Positions 36,075 to 49,392 of a DNA stretch of 64,000 bases are shown in pieces; within the stretch, counting starts at the first letter, position 1, and every line of letters begins with the position of its first letter. The translations under genes were made by a program, and so were the position numbers. Origin of the DNA: Camelus dromedarius (lineage: Eukaryota); the NCBI RefSeq assembly GCF_036321535.1, contig NC_087437.1, forward strand, positions 100,690,001-100,754,000, read 5' to 3'. The notes below the pieces were generated by a model. The model was not told the DNA's origin. It saw nothing but the letters and a program-made list of their open reading frames with translations, and did no database searches.

Positions 36075-36969
36075 AGTGTGTTTTTTAATCTCTTTCAGTG
36101 TGATAACTAACCCAATTAGATGTGCTTAATTTGAATTCAAATGCCACTTACTATGAGATACAGAAAAAAAGACTATTTTTTGCTCATCTCATTTCACGTT
36201 TGTATCACACTAAATTATCAGTTTTTATCAGCAATGTTTTGTGCTTGCTATCTCTAATACTAAAGGTGAATGACAGATGTTGTGGGTATCCGGAGTAGCC
36301 CCAAATCTTCCTCTAACATCTCCTTAAAATAGCTTAAATCCACCGCCCATGTACAGAGTGAAACAGTGCTCTCGTCACTATATCTGAGAATTTTCAAGGA
36401 GTTTATGTTGTCCAAACACCTCTAACTCTGAGTTCCTTCTCCTACTCTATTCTTATTTATCTGTCAATTGCTTCTGTAGTTGTTCTTTTCTCTCCATCAG
36501 GTTTTCTTTATTATGCCCCTTCTACAAAGAAATCAACCAGAAATAGCTATCATTATTAGCATTTTTAAAATGAAAAGATTCAGAATAATGGATGAGAATT
36601 ACAATACACCAACGATTTCAGCCTGAATATGTTAAATATCTTATATTTTCTCATGTCTCTGTACCTAGAGCATTTTCAGCAGGCGCCTTTCTCGAGTAAT
36701 CCACCCCAGTTCTCAAGATCTTTCTCCCTAACTTCTCTAAGTAACCTTTCTCAAGCCCCACAATCTTTATTCTGCCAGGCAGTTTTACTTTCAACCTTCA
36801 TTGTGCACCAGGTGCTAGGACTGACTTTGTAAATCTACAATGGTCCATTAATAACCTTCCAGTATAGAGTTGTCATCCACCTCTGAAATAAATGCTGAGT
36901 TCGCCTGGAATTTGTAAGCACATTTGATTAAAAAATGATAGTAATAATATATATAGATAATATATAGAC

Positions 36970-36996
36970 TGTGTGTGTGTGTGTGTGTGTGTGTGT
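36970..36996. repeat. (TG)13 microsatellite
   Basis: Perfect TG run. Confidence 0.92.
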
Positions 36997-38591
36997 TCCT
37001 TTCTTATCTACCTGGAAGTGCTGGTCTTTCTAGGAGAAATGGTTCATTCAGGTAGTCATTTCTTTAACACTATGAGTGTGTGTGTAAGGACATCTAGCTC
37101 TATTATGCACACGTGTATGAAGATACGCAGTGTATACTTTTATGTTTATCTACATTAAGAACATTTCCTTGCTAAACAAAAATCTCAAAAACTCAATTTG
37201 TCTATGGGGATTTAGTAGAAAAATTCTAAGAAAAATCATTTTGTCTGAAAACTTAAACACAAATTGAAAGATGTATTGTCAGGCTCATTTTGCCTTTCTT
37301 ATGAAAAAGCATTTTGTTACAAAGCTTCATCTTTAAAAGAGATTATTTCCCTATATGTAAAATAATTTATATTCTTAATCATCTTTTTGTTTTATATAAT
37401 AGTTACAGAATTATAAGCAATTGAAAGAAGTGTCCCTCATTCTATTTTCCACTGAAAAATACCCGTTTATTTAATTTATTTCATATCTGTATGTATGTTT
37501 AGAATTTAATTACATATAGGTCCAAATTAAGGAAGTGTTTTGAGTCATCTTAAACTTAAAATATGGAACCTTAAAAAACTTTAAATACACTTTAATTAAT
37601 GTAACACCTTATTATTTTCATAATAATTACATTATTTTCCTGAAATAAAATTGGATCATCATGTTAGAATTGCTCTACCCGTGTTTTTGGTAAGTTAAAA
37701 TATGACAACTTTTTCTGTTATCACATTTATGGTCATATTGATGGGGATTCATTTTGTTTACAGAATTACATTGATTTTGCAAGTTCCTAAAAGGCTCTTG
37801 GAGGGAACGGTAATGGAATGGATGGATGCATTGCCTTGTAGATCAATCAGTGAGAATTTCATGGATTGTAAAGTGAGGACAAATGTACCGAGGTCAGCAT
37901 TTTTGTTCCTGCTGCTCTTTCTGGAACTGCAGCCAGTGACTTATTAGTACTAGTTACATACTTGCTGGAATAGCAAGTGAACAAGAGCACAATACGACAG
38001 GGTTTCTTGGCAGGGAGGTGCGTTCTCTGAGCTGCTTTAATTCTAGTCATTGCATTAGGCGCAGTTCATCTCTGATGAAAGACTCTCGGCCAAGACCTAG
38101 GAATATATCAAATAGGAGCTGATGCCTCATTTCTTTGAGCAGGGCTCTCAACTGCAGAGACAGGCATGGATAGACTGCAGTGAAGTTGCACGAGAAATGA
38201 AAAAGCTAACAAATAGTTTTTGTGGTTGTTTATTCCCTTTAATGTTATTTCATGGAAGATAATAATGCTACAACCAGGCTGATGTGTGTGTGTGTGTATG
38301 TGTATGTATACAAACCTATGAGTAAATATGTGAGTCTGTGTATATGTGTGTGTTCATACCCAAAACTATGTCTGCAACAGTGATGTGACAGTTGTCTCTT
38401 ACATAAACATGGTTGAATCTGATGTTTAATAGTGTAGGTAGGAATTTTTATTCTCTCTGGGAACTGAAAGTGTAATAAGTCTGTGATAGTGGGATAGGAT
38501 ACAAAGAAGGTCATCAATGGAGGACTGACTGAGTAGGTAAAGGGCCTATGGAGAACCTATAGGAAGTGAAATTGATTCTATTCCTCTCAAA

Positions 38592-38623
<32 letters not shown>

Positions 38624-39913
38624 TGAGAAAACAAATGGCAACTAACAATGAAAGTGATACAGTTCCGCTGCTTTGGGGTGGTGTTATGGAGGTATGTGGT
38701 ATAAAATTTATTATTGGAATTTGAGACATGAAGGTTCACAGCCCAGGTTATCTGGGAGCAGAACCTGAGCCAATGACCATGACCTCTTGGCTGCATCCAG
38801 GATTCACTGTGTGCAATGGAATCCTGGGGAAATTGGGAATTGCATTCTGGTACCCTGAGGTTTTATAAGCCTGTTTAGAAAACGAAAGAAAACATCAGTG
38901 GTTACAAATAACAGCAACGTGTTTTACAGCTACAAACATCTAAGAAACTCCAACGTGTACTCCAGGCTATACATTTAATGTTTGCCGTGTATACTATGCA
39001 GTGTTTTCTATTAATAATATTTATTACCTAACTTTTTAAAGAATACTATACTTGAATGTCAGGAATTGATAGGAAAAAAGGTGGGGATGGGGCTGGGAGA
39101 CTATACTAATGTTTAATGTCTCTAAATACTTGGGGAAAATGAGGCACTATCACATGGATTATAGTGCTAAAAATGGCTCTGTTATCTAATTGAATTATTT
39201 GTCCCAATCTCTTCCCTGCTCTTTATCTCATTGCACTGTTCCATATTCTGCTACTTAAACTCCCAGAAACAGAATGTTAGTAACTGTCTCCCTTTTCCCT
39301 GACTTCCGAGACAATTTAATATCAATGGCTAGATTTCTAGGAAATGAGAATCTTTCTGGAGTCCACTCTCTCAGAACACTCTTCTAGGATTTGAGGGTAA
39401 ATGGAGAGACTAAAAAGGAATTGAAAAAAAATTTGAAGGCGTGGATAATTATCTCCTTGACTTTTGGACAATTTATTTAACCTCTTTAAACCTCAATTAC
39501 TTTCTTACAAAATGGGAGTGTAAACTTGATAATCCTCGAAGTTTAAGTCTGTAGTATTTACAGAGGGGACAGTGGTAAACTCAGGACTGCCGCCCTGTCT
39601 ATATGCTTTTAATTTTATAAGTGGCAAAATAACCTTTCTAATGAACCATTGTTTACTGTTTGACTTTGCCAGTGGCTCGTGAATAATTCCTTTCCCTGAT
39701 GGCTTGTACAATTATATGAAGAGCCCTTGTAGACCCATTCCATACAGGTGGGGGGGAAGCTGTGAAGCATGAAAGCTGAATATTACTTTGAGGCTCTTCC
39801 CACAGTGGCTCATTGCTTGTTCCGGGATCTGAAAATTCCCAAGTACAGGGAAAGGAGAAAAAATAGAGCAAGCAAATGGGACCAGGTAGGAATCTGCTTA
39901 GATAGTACAAAAA

Positions 39914-40192
39914 CATTTGACCCTTGAACAACAGGGATTTGAAATATGCGGGTCCACCTATACCTGGATTTGTTTTCCAAAAAATACAAAGTCCTCTGTA
40001 TCTGTGGGTTCTGCCTTCACAGAGTCCACCAACTGCAGCTTGCAGACTTCATATGGGATTGGAGGTTGATTGAATAAGTGGATGCGGAACCAGAGGGTAT
40101 AGAAGGCTCACTAAGAGGCTTGAGTATATGCAGAGTTTGGTAACTGTGTGTGTGCCATAACCAATCCCCCTGCAGATACCAAGAGAAGACTG
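39914..40192 (+). mobile_element. MER2B-like TcMar-Tigger DNA transposon
   Basis: Left end catttgacccttgaacaacagggatttgaa...gcgggtccacctata; right end accaatccccctgcagataccaagagaagactg followed by TA. Confidence 0.8.
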
Positions 40193-40199
40193 TAATTCA

Positions 40200-40590
40200 T
40201 ATTCTTGCTGTCCTTTAATAATGTGGAAAGTTTAATGTGGAAAGATGATGAATTTACGTTGGAGATGAAAGTTGGAGGTTTAACCGTTGTGCTCTCCACG
40301 TGATCTAGGTATTTTGAAATGTTGAGAGAAGTTAGCACTTGAGGTAGAGATTTGTAGGTCACCTTCCAGGGTATGGTAGCAATAGAATTGAAGGAGATTC
40401 TCTGCGAGAAACAGTAGGAAGAAAAATGAAAATGGTAATGTGATGTTGGGGAAAACGCATGTATTTTTGATCAGCAGGAGAAATATAAGCCAGAGAAACA
40501 AACACAATGAGGATGAGAATAAAGAAGCATTTTAAGAAACTGCATTGACTTTGAATAGCCCACACGAGGACTTGGGTGGTGGTTGCCAAG
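40200..40590 (-). mobile_element. L2 fragment (degraded)
   Basis: Purine-rich gaggtagagatttgtaggtcacc...gcaatagaattgaaggagattctctg resembles reverse-strand L2. Confidence 0.45.
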
Positions 40591-41155
40591 ATATTATTGA
40601 TTTACTGTGAATTGACCTAGACTTTGCTTAAAACTTGAGTTCTTCAACCTTATATTTTAACCTGACCATATAGTGGAGAAGATGCCTCCAAAGGACTTGG
40701 AGAAACATGTTTGCTTTTTGAGAATAAAACACAAATCTATTGGGAATAGAAATTGTATTCTCTAGACCTACTTAGAAAAATGTAGTTAAGGGGAAAATGG
40801 ATTGGCTTGTGCAGAGAAAGTCCTTTAAGAGAAGCAAATTTTGACTTTCAGAATAAGCACTGTCCAGGAAGAGAGAGATGACGTTTGGGGGACCCAGTTC
40901 ATTTATGAACAAGGTGTTTTTTGCTGTAGGCAGATATATATTTTTAGACCTCATTATGGCTCCAGTGAAATATTCACCATGTCAATCCTTGGGCTTTGCC
41001 TTAAATCTGTGCCATTGATCAACCTACTGATCCAATTATTTGGCTAATAATATTGGAGGAAATATGGACATTAGAAGAGATATCCTCCACTACAAATTAG
41101 TAAATTGGTATTCTTAATTTTACATCTTTTCTTGGTGAGAATTTAGTGAGAGTAA

Positions 41156-41644
41156 TTTTTTTAACATTTTTTATTGATTTATAATCATTTTACAATGTTG
41201 TGTCAGATTCCAGTGTTCAGCACAATTTTTCAGTTATTCATGGACATATACACACTCATTGTCACATTTTTTTCTCTGTGAATTATCATAACATTTTGTG
41301 TATATTTCCCTGTGCTATACAGTGTAGTCTATTCTACAATTTTGAAATCCCAGTCTATCCCTTCCCACCCTCCACCCCCCTGGTAACCACAAGTCTGTAT
41401 TCTCTGTGAGTCTATTTCTGTCCTTTATTTACGCTTTGTTTTTGTTTGTTTGTTTGTTTTTGTTTTTGTTTTTTAGATTCCACATATGAGCGATCTCGTA
41501 TGGTATTTTTCTTTCTCTTTCTGGCTTACTTCACTTAGAATGACATTCTCCAGGAGCATCCATGTTGCTGCAAATGGCATTATGTTGTCGGTTTTTATGG
41601 CTGAGTAGTATTCCATTGTATAAATATACCACATCTTCTTTATC
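41156..41644 (-). mobile_element. 5'-truncated young L1, same subfamily as 13818-20895
   Basis: Near-identical to 13818-14311 (ttaacattttttattgatttataatcattttacaatgttgtgtca...) apart from substitutions and small indels (9 bp and 4 bp deletions). No TSD is visible. Confidence 0.95.
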
Positions 41645-42624
41645 ACTTATTTCTGAGTACAGTATTATGTCCCAGTTACTGGCCTTGAGACATTGAAGAT
41701 CAGACTCCAGATCCTGGTAAATCCACGTAGGTCATGATATCCTGTGAGGCCACTGTGCGTCTACTTCCTTCCCTTACTTCTCGACTTTCTACCATCCATT
41801 TTCTATATGCCAGATTTCCGAATCTGGAGTTGTCTGGTGTTCAGTGGTCTTTTCTTATTAAATGTGTATGCAGATCTGCTAGGAGAATCATCAGGTGTTA
41901 CACGATTTTCTGACAAGTATGTGCAGACGCTAGCTGGCTGAATGCCTAGATCGGTATGTGGTAAACACAGCTGGCTGATTGACCAGGATCTACTTTGCAT
42001 TTGATGGTTGCAGAATATTTAAGTGCTTTGTGTACTTCTACGTTAGGGTTCCTCAACTATAGGAATTCCTGGGGTTTTAGATATCCAGTATAAATAGATT
42101 TCAGCACAGGAGAAGTGTGACTGAGCTGTAGTTAACATTCCACTGAAACAAGAGAATTCAGCCATTCTGCTATTCTAATTATTTACTTGTTTTTCTATTT
42201 CATATTTTTGTTCTCTTTCAGAGACCGGACTTGATTGACTTCTAGTAAACCCTAGGGAAGAACACCTTATAAATGAACTGATAGTTACATGCATGTAATA
42301 TTTTTCACAGCACTGAGTGCTGGGAGCACATTCTCCAGGTTAAGCTCACGTAAGTTACTGCAGACATATTGAACAGTCAAGAGGGAGGATGCTAAAGCCC
42401 TGTCTATATTCAGCTGAAATGTTTGTGTCAGTTGATCTTTTTTAGTTTTCTCCACTATGTAGTGTTTTTCCAATGTCCGTTTGTCTAACATCTTCAACAT
42501 AACAAGTAACAGAAAAGTCTCATAGTTTTAATTGTTACGGCTAGTGGTCCTTTTTATATAGATAGATGAATTCTTTTATCTACTTCTGTCAATAGATACT
42601 ATTTGCAAATGGATTGTTTTAAAA

Positions 42625-42870
42625 GTTTTATGGTAAAGGGCATTGCATGCATCTGGAGCAAGAAGGCCTGAGTTTGAATGATAGGTTCTCCAGATATTAG
42701 CTGTGTGACTTTTGGTAAGTTACTTTAGCTCAGTTTATCCATAAGGTGGGAATAATAATAGCTCCTATGATCTAGGGTTGTTTTGAGATAATATTATTTA
42801 AAATACGTAAACCACTTACTATAGTGTCTGAAACATATTAAATGCTATTTAATAGTCGGCTATTGCTGTT
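42625..42870 (+). mobile_element. MIR SINE
   Basis: ggcctgagtttgaat...tattagctgtgtgacttttggtaagttactt...ctagggttgttttgaga...tagtgtctgaaacata. Confidence 0.8.
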
Positions 42871-45661
42871 ATTCAGCGTATTTATTTGCATATTCAGGCA
42901 ACTTAAAGATTTTTTTTAAACGATAATGTCCTAATTTATGAAAAATTACTTTCTTATGAATATTAATTAGGCTAGCCTTTTATAAAATCACATGGTCAAC
43001 ATTTATTCAATGTAAACAATATTTCCTCCTCTCTACTCTTTTAATATTGTGATAGTTTCATACTATTAAGTTCTCTAACAAAACCTAAATGATTATATTG
43101 AGATAACACATAACTAAGATTGTGAGAACTTGCGGAATTGGTCTAGTTATTTAAAGCAGCCTAGATTTGTCTAAAAGATATTTGCTTATTGTTAGTAGGA
43201 ACCCCTGGGTCTGTTAATAATATTATCTCTGACTGAACAGGAGTGCCTGAAACTAGGTATGTATGTTTCTACATATAGCTTATTTTATTTTCAATTAATG
43301 TGATTGTTTATAGTCAAAGGAATCACACCAGATTTATTTGATACCTGAGGAGATAGTTCTTCATATTTGATAATTATTATATTGTATTGCATCACATATA
43401 GACATTTTTTTCTGTAAACCTCTTAGCTTAAGGAACTGAAATGCTGTGAAGAATGATATATTAATGTAAAGCAGGGGAAGAATTTCATTTCACTATTAGG
43501 AGAATTCATGAACTTTGTTCCAGTTATCACTCTTTATTTCACATACACAGCTAACCTTAAGGCCACGTTTACACGGAAGTTGGTTCACTTTGAACCTGTG
43601 TCTGTGTCACTTGCGATGATTTCTAGGCCCCATCACATGAAGCAACTTCAGTAAGTGTTTACCTTGAAGTGGTTTACATTCACGCATAGACTGCAGGGAG
43701 CTCACTTGCACGTTCCCTCACACAGCAGGCTTTCACAACTATTTCTCTAGAAAGCACATTTTAGATATATGCGTCTGGTTATATTGTTTAAAATGTATAA
43801 TTTTCTCCCCACCTCTTCCTTCTCTGAGGTTAGGAAGAAAGTGTAACTTTTTTTTTTTCTCCAGCCTATGATGTATTTTGACTTTTCTGTCTATAGGATT
43901 ACTGAATTTAATGGGGCAGGGCAAGAAAATTTAGAAAAAGGTAAATCCTGAGGAATTCTGTAGGAGACAAGATTAAAAAGTTTTAAAGAAAAAAGGCTAA
44001 TTCAGAATCACATTAACACTGTAAAGGTTCAAAACACTATTTTTTAAAGGAAAAAGTATAACTTTGAAGCTTTTGAAGATAAATTATTTGCATGTTAATG
44101 ATAAATGACTAATTTCATTTAAATTCAGTTCTTCTCTGCAGTAACAAAAACTTATAAAAGCAATCTTTATCTTGTTAAATATCTATTTTTATTTGCTACA
44201 AATACGTTTTATGGGCTAAGGGGAAATTTGTAACTCGATGAAGTAGATAGAACGCTTCTGTAACACTGTTGATTAGAAAGCAGCTTTCAGTGCGATGTTG
44301 GGATCATCTTAGAACTGTATGTGAAAAGACTGAGTGACAGACATCCAAAAGTTGGTTCTAGGGATATAGATTAAAGGGGAACTGTTATAATGAGGCAGTA
44401 AACTATTTCATTCAGAGTTGATGTGCTCAAGAAAACAAGCCTGGGGTTCAGCCAAGTTTTATGAATTACATCATTGTGTTTCTAAAACTTCATAAAGAAT
44501 CCTAGAAGCTTTCAGCTTGGAGACTGAGAATCTGGTTTGAGAGTGTTTATTGATCAAAGAAATCAGATGATGGTTAATTTTCCTTTCACACTGTGATGAT
44601 TTCATTGATGACTGAGAAAACTTTTTACATACACGCACACATGCACACACATGGACACTAACTCTCTCATGTCTCTAACCCAGTCCTCAGAGTTGTGTCT
44701 GTATGAATCCAAGTGACTGTGCACATTGAGAAAGAACACTGTGCACATCAGGAAAAGTTTAAAAAATGCAGTTTCCTGAGTGCACTGTGCCTTCACAGTG
44801 TTGGCTTACATCTCTGATCTCTTTTATATCAAGAGAAGCAGTTAATCTCAGGTTTTTTCTTATTATCCTTTTCTATCAAATGTCATGAAGAAGAATGTCT
44901 TGGAGTCTGCTTTTTTAAATTGTCTCCATCAAAATTATTTGCAGCTTGCTGGCTTTTTCTTAGCGTTTCTGACTCGTGTCATTTTGATTAAACCTGAAAT
45001 GTCTACCTCTTCTTTCCCAATCGCCAGTGTTTGGGGATCTTGGAAGAGGGAGAAAAGTGGCTCATCATTTTTTCCAATCCTTTTCTGATCCTTTTAGCTT
45101 CTTCTTCTTGGCCTTATGTTCTCGACTTGGCGAAGGGAAAGAGGCTTCGTGTTCTGACTGATGGAAAATGGTTTTAATATGTTACTATCCTCTGAGACAG
45201 TCTTGCTACACAGGTTAATGTTAGTTTGATTTCTTCTTACTCCTGTATTTGAACTTAAAAATTCCTTGGAAGAGGCTGCTTAGAGTAATGTTTTGGTTTG
45301 GTTATGAGGGTACAGAGAAGAGGAACGGTCTCTTCTGCAGATTCAGCACGTTCTTCTCTGGAAAACTCTCCGTCATTTTGAAAGTTCCTAGTCTCTTCCA
45401 CATCCCGGGGGTAGCATCCCTCTCCTCTCCAAATGCTGGTTATGCTGTTTTCTAGGTCTTCTCTAATCCACTTGCATTCCCAAGCCTCATCTCTATTCAG
45501 TAAGTAACAGCTAAGTTTGCTTAGTAAAAGGATTTTAAAGTAATAAGTCTTCTTTCTGTTGGTAGTTTATAGACATATTTTCAATTATTTTCTTATCATA
45601 ATTATTCTAGAACTTTTTGGTCTTGTATAAATCGTGGAAGACTCTATTGATTTATTTATCT

Positions 45662-45823
45662 CAGGGTTTGGCAAACTTTTTCTTCAAAGGGCCAGGAAAG
45701 AAATGTTTTAGGTTTTATAGCCATGTGATTCTGTCACATCTACTTGGCTGTGCTCTTGTCACGTAAAAGGAGCCACAGACAATGTGTAAACAAATGAGCG
45801 TGACTGTAGTCTGCTGACACCAG
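45662..45823 (+). mobile_element. MER58A-like hAT-Charlie transposon (internally deleted)
   Basis: cagggtttggcaaactttttcttcaaagggccagg...agccacagacaatgtgtaaacaaatgagcgtgactgtagtctgctgacacc. Confidence 0.8.
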
Positions 45824-48139
45824 CCTATCCAGCATCTTCACCTTCATGCTTCCTTTCTGAAACCCAGTTTTTTTTTTTTTTTCCAGTATTAAGTTGGTGA
45901 GCATATGCTCAGGGAAGTAGGCACCTCAGGGTCAGCGGATTCGTCATGATTGATGTAAACCAGCGAGGATCTCCTTTTGCCAACGGTGGGTTTAGAGATA
46001 GGTCTATACCCCATTTCTGAACATTGAAACAAAGGAACATCTGTTGGGGTCCTCTGGTGACTGTTTTGTAGGAGAAGGTCACACAAGAAAGGCAGTTTCC
46101 TGAGGCAGCTACATTATGAGGATGGGACTAGAGCATATCTGTTATCATACGATGATGATGATAGTGATGATGATTTGTGCTAATGTCAATTAAGTCATCA
46201 GATCTGTGACATCCCCAGATCTGTGACACACACTGGCACCACTCTTTTGGGGCAGAGATTGCAATATTTAAGAATGGATATTTTTAATTTGTTTCACAAG
46301 CCACCAAAACTCTCAGCAAAGATAAACTTTATGTCTCTGGAGACCTAGTTAAAAGTCTCATGAGAAGCATAAGTACCTTAACAAAGCTATCTTTTTCAAA
46401 GATATCATTGCGACATAACACTTCTTCTAAGATCTCTTAGAGAATGTAACTGCCACTTAATGTAATTTTTATATGTATAGAAGAATATTTTCCAAGATTT
46501 AAAAGAAATGATAGAGTAAAATCTAATTAAAAAGTTGGAGATTTCTGTGGAGAATTTATAGATTTTACAGAGGTTTATGGTACTTATGCACACGCATACA
46601 GTATTCTTTCATTGGAAAATGGATGCAGTGTGTCTCATATTGTCATTTATGGGGTGTGAGGTTACATAATCCAGCCTCCAAATATTTCATATTTATGTGA
46701 ATTTCCTTCTCCACAATTCCTTCCTTGCCCAGGAAATACCACTTTATACTACATACACATTTCATCGTATCGTAAAACTCCATTTAATCAAGCAGTTTAG
46801 TTGCCGACATTGGAAAACTTTCTGTTAACCCAGAAATAGCTTTGTATTGCAAAAACTTTCCACTTGATCATCAACATTCAAATGGAAATTTATTTCAAAT
46901 ATACTCCAATTTCAATCTTACCTCAAAATGTAGGCTATCAAAAGAAAAAAGTTCAGTTAGAGCCTCCTTTCCCACCTGTTAACCATGGAATAACGACACC
47001 AATTTATTTTTTACAGCAGGCTCTTTGGCTTGGCGTGAGCAGTTTTGCCCTTAATAAACTAGCCTTCCCGCTTTCTAATTAGAGAATTTATTTCTTTCCT
47101 TGCTGAACATTCTGTTTGAATTTGTTTCCCTGTCCTGTTTAGTTTCTTCCTGATTTGTAAAAGTAAAATATAACCATGAGAGTCAAATTTTGGATTCAGC
47201 TTTAATGACATTTGAAGGGAAACACAAGAAAGGGAAAGCTATGCTTTTCAGATGTTCGCTTGTCTTCTTTTATTGTTATTCCATCTGGCAATAATTGGCT
47301 GTCATGGTCAGACTCAGGAAGAGGAGTCTCACAGTCAATGGACCATCCTCTTTTATATACTCCTGAGGTCTAATCGCCAATGGAAGACTTTCCTTGAGAT
47401 GCACACACAGTTGCTCTTGTAGCACCAGTGTTCAAACCAATAGATGTTACAGTGCTCAGAAATACATCTATCAAACATTTACAGGAAAGCTGAATTTTTT
47501 TTTTAAACAGAAAAAGTCTCCTGGGTGTGTCTATCTGAAGGTTCTCCTTTTGCTTATGGACAACATCTAAAGTCTAGTCTTTCAACTACCCTGAGCTATT
47601 TTAATCCTACAAATTCTAAATAGGCAAAGGGAGTCTCAGACTTCTAGGTGGCAATTTACATCTCATTGGGGATATCAAACCAGTTACACAGGGTCAAAAT
47701 ATTAAAGTCCCTGGAGGAGAACTGCACCTGTTTTGTAAAAATTAATGCCACTACGTGTCCTAAGTGGCTCTCCAATAAGCTAACTTGTCCTTTGATAGGA
47801 AGGTGGCTCCCCGGGATGAGACAATATGTATGTAATTCTGTATGTCTCTATGTGTGTGTGAATGTGTATGGTAATGTGTAACTTATTAGTATCATAGTGT
47901 AGCAAATATTTTGATGAAGTTTGATAAAATCGGCTGTAGAATGGTTTGGAATACATGAATAAATAATCCATTTGACAAGATAACAGTTGTGTAATACATG
48001 GAAGCCCAAAATCAAAATCTGGCTTTTAATCCAAGCTCTACAATTTAGCCACAGTTTTGCCTTTGTAGGGTGACTACCCTCTGTAGCACTGTCCACGAAA
48101 TGACAGGCTTGGATTGAATGAGCAGACCTACGTAAGTCT

Positions 48140-48493
48140 ATATTAGTCAGGGTCTCACTAGACTGAAATCAACAAGTTGGCTGCAGCTGGATTCTCATTT
48201 GGAGCTTGGGGTGCTTGTCCAAGCTCAATGAGGTTGTTGGGAGAATTCTGTTCCTTGCAGTGGTGGAACTGAAACCCCTACTTAATTGTTGACTAGACTC
48301 CCTGAGGTCCTAGCCAGCAGCCCTCTCAAAACATGGAAGCTTATTTCTTCCAAGCCAGCAGAAAAATGCCACCCTACTCTGCTATGATGGATTTGACCTG
48401 CCTTATATTCATAGGTCCCACCTACATTCAACAGGAGGCTATGTATGCAGGGGGACAGAGATCTTGGGGACCATCTTAGAATTTTGCCTAACA
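48140..48493 (-). mobile_element. MLT1E-like MaLR LTR (partial)
   Basis: ccaagctcaatgaggttgttgggagaattctgttccttgcag...cttggggaccatcttagaattttgcctaaca. Confidence 0.75.
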
Positions 48494-48721
48494 TATGAAT
48501 GTATTCATATTCAGGCTGCTACGATAATTATGATGCCTCTTCTGACAAGAAGTTAGGAGGGTAAATAGCCACTGCCATCAGCAAGAGTGATGAACCCTGA
48601 TTGGGAGCTGCAACGTGTCCTGACATTCCTTAGAGATTTCTGTATTTATCTTGTTAAGTGTCCCCTGAATGTAGCAGCCTACACAGAACTGATTAATTAT
48701 TATTCTAGTTAATACTCTCTG

Positions 48722-49392
48722 TGTGAGTTTTCTATCACTGCCATAACAAATTACCACAATTTAGCAGCTTAAACAATCTACCCATTTATTATCTATTAGT
48801 TCAGTAGACTGGGAGTCCAGGCACTGTTCGCCTCAGATGGTACTCTGCTCTGGGTTTCACAAGGCCAAAATTGCAGTGTCAGCAGGTCTGATTTCCTTTC
48901 TGGAGGTTCTGGGGATAAATCCTCTTCCAAGCTCATTTAGAGCTTGGCAAAATTCTGTTCCACATGACTGCTGGAGTGAGGACCCCATTTCCTTGTTGGC
49001 TTTTGGCTGGGGGTTATTCTCAGCTTCCATAAACTGCCAAATTCTTTGGCTAATGTCCACCTTCCTCCATCTTCAATCCACAATAGCGGGTTGAGTCATT
49101 CTCATGCTTCAGATCTCATTGACCTCCCTTTTTGCCTCAGATCTCTCTCCCTCTCTTGCTGTGTATCTCTGACTGACCCTTCTGCCTTCTTTGTCTGCTT
49201 TTAAGGGCTCATGTGACTATACTGGGTCCACCTGGGTAAATTCAAGATAATTTATCTGTTTTAAATTCAGCTGATTAATAACCTTAATTCCATCTACAAA
49301 GTCCCTTCATACCAGTAGTTAGGTTAGTGTTTGAATGAATAACCAGGAGACAGGGAACTTGGGGAGATGTCTTTGGAATTCTGCCTTCCACA
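48722..49392 (-). mobile_element. MLT1E-like MaLR solo LTR
   Basis: ttttctatcactgccataacaaattaccacaatttagcagcttaaac...ttaagggctcatgtgactatactgggtccacc...ctttggaattctgccttccaca. Confidence 0.85.

Noticed and set aside
42222..42245. RPDLIDF peptide resembling a calponin-homology domain motif after a splice acceptor
   Set aside because: A stop codon follows immediately and no further CH-domain similarity is visible, so it is most likely chance.
44880..45520. Purine-rich minus-strand stretch with a stop-free frame of more than 75 codons (…ECKWIREDLENSITSIWRGEG…)
   Set aside because: There is no ATG, no clear splice sites and no recognisable homology. It could be a very old LINE remnant, but I cannot support a call without BLASTX or Dfam.
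45868..45911. Possible 10-nt micro-exon (poly-T-CCAG|TATTAAGTTG|GTGAGC) and 14-bp palindrome tgagcatatgctca
   Set aside because: The poly-T is a simple homopolymer, the exon length is not a multiple of 3, and there is no supporting context.
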